DNA of 63,320 bases, counting the filler, from Sphacelaria rigidula (Eukaryota), in the NCBI GenBank assembly GCA_964200075.2. It is 7 parts of 7 records of this genome, joined end to end, with 100 filler letters (N's around TTAATTAATTAA, not from the genome) between each part and the next. Parts side by side here need not be neighbours in the genome. Positions count along the whole stretch, not along the records: positions 54,361 to 63,320 come from CAXNAA020009649.1; 6 more parts are not named here. One strand, written 5' to 3'. This document shows positions 62,954 through 63,320 of the stretch, piece by piece (position 1 is the stretch's first letter; the number at the start of each line of letters is the position of its first letter). A program made the translations under genes and the position numbers. The notes beneath the pieces were generated by a model, which was not told where the DNA came from, searched no databases, and saw nothing but the letters and a program-made list of their open reading frames with translations.

Positions 62954-63213
62954 TCCTTGCTGGGCCCGGCGGCGCATGGCGGCCGCGGGTTGGGGTCACC
63001 GAAGACTCCAAGCAGTTCTCGTTCGTCCCCGCGACCGAAAAACCGAGGGTCAGCACCATCTTCGCGGGGAAGGGGTGGGGCTGGCGGGGGTCTGGTGGTC
63101 ACTGCGGCGCCCCCCCCGCTGAAGTTAACCTTGACGGATTTTGAGGGCGCTGATGAAGTCTGCTTTAATCCAGGTGAAAGAGAAGATCGGCGTCGGGGGT
63201 AAGGTGCAACAAT

Positions 63214-63248
<35 letters not shown>

Positions 63249-63320
63249 GGTCGGGGGGTGGGGGGGGGTTTTTTTTGTGTTGGGGGGGGGGGTTGCGGGA
63301 GGGGGGGTGGGGGTGTTGTG

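Overview
Eukaryotic, intron-rich and repeat-rich DNA. The gene style (short exons, long GT-AG introns, many G/C homopolymer runs) suggests a brown alga or related stramenopile; this is inference. The window is not one locus. It is seven unrelated contigs of exactly 8960 bp joined by an artificial N44-TTAATTAATTAA-N44 linker. Recognisable partial genes, reconstructed exon by exon with consistent splice phases, are PRP16/DHX38, an uncharacterised protein, a patatin-like phospholipase, PARN head-to-head with EAF6, a SHAQKYF-type MYB factor and a large Ser/Gly-rich exon containing an in-frame TAG. The rest is dominated by small mobile elements: Sola2-like MITEs (GAG..CTC termini, 4-bp TSD), Tc1/mariner-like (TA), piggyBac-like (TTAA) and hAT-like (8-bp TSD) MITEs, long foldbacks and a tRNA-derived SINE with a (CA)n tail. 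The most unusual signal is a family of variably 5'-truncated, LINE-like elements that end in ATGAGTAC plus a poly(C) tail, sit inside C-runs and stack head-to-tail in each other's tails. Most ORFs in the supplied track are spurious. No database search could be run, so novelty is unverified.
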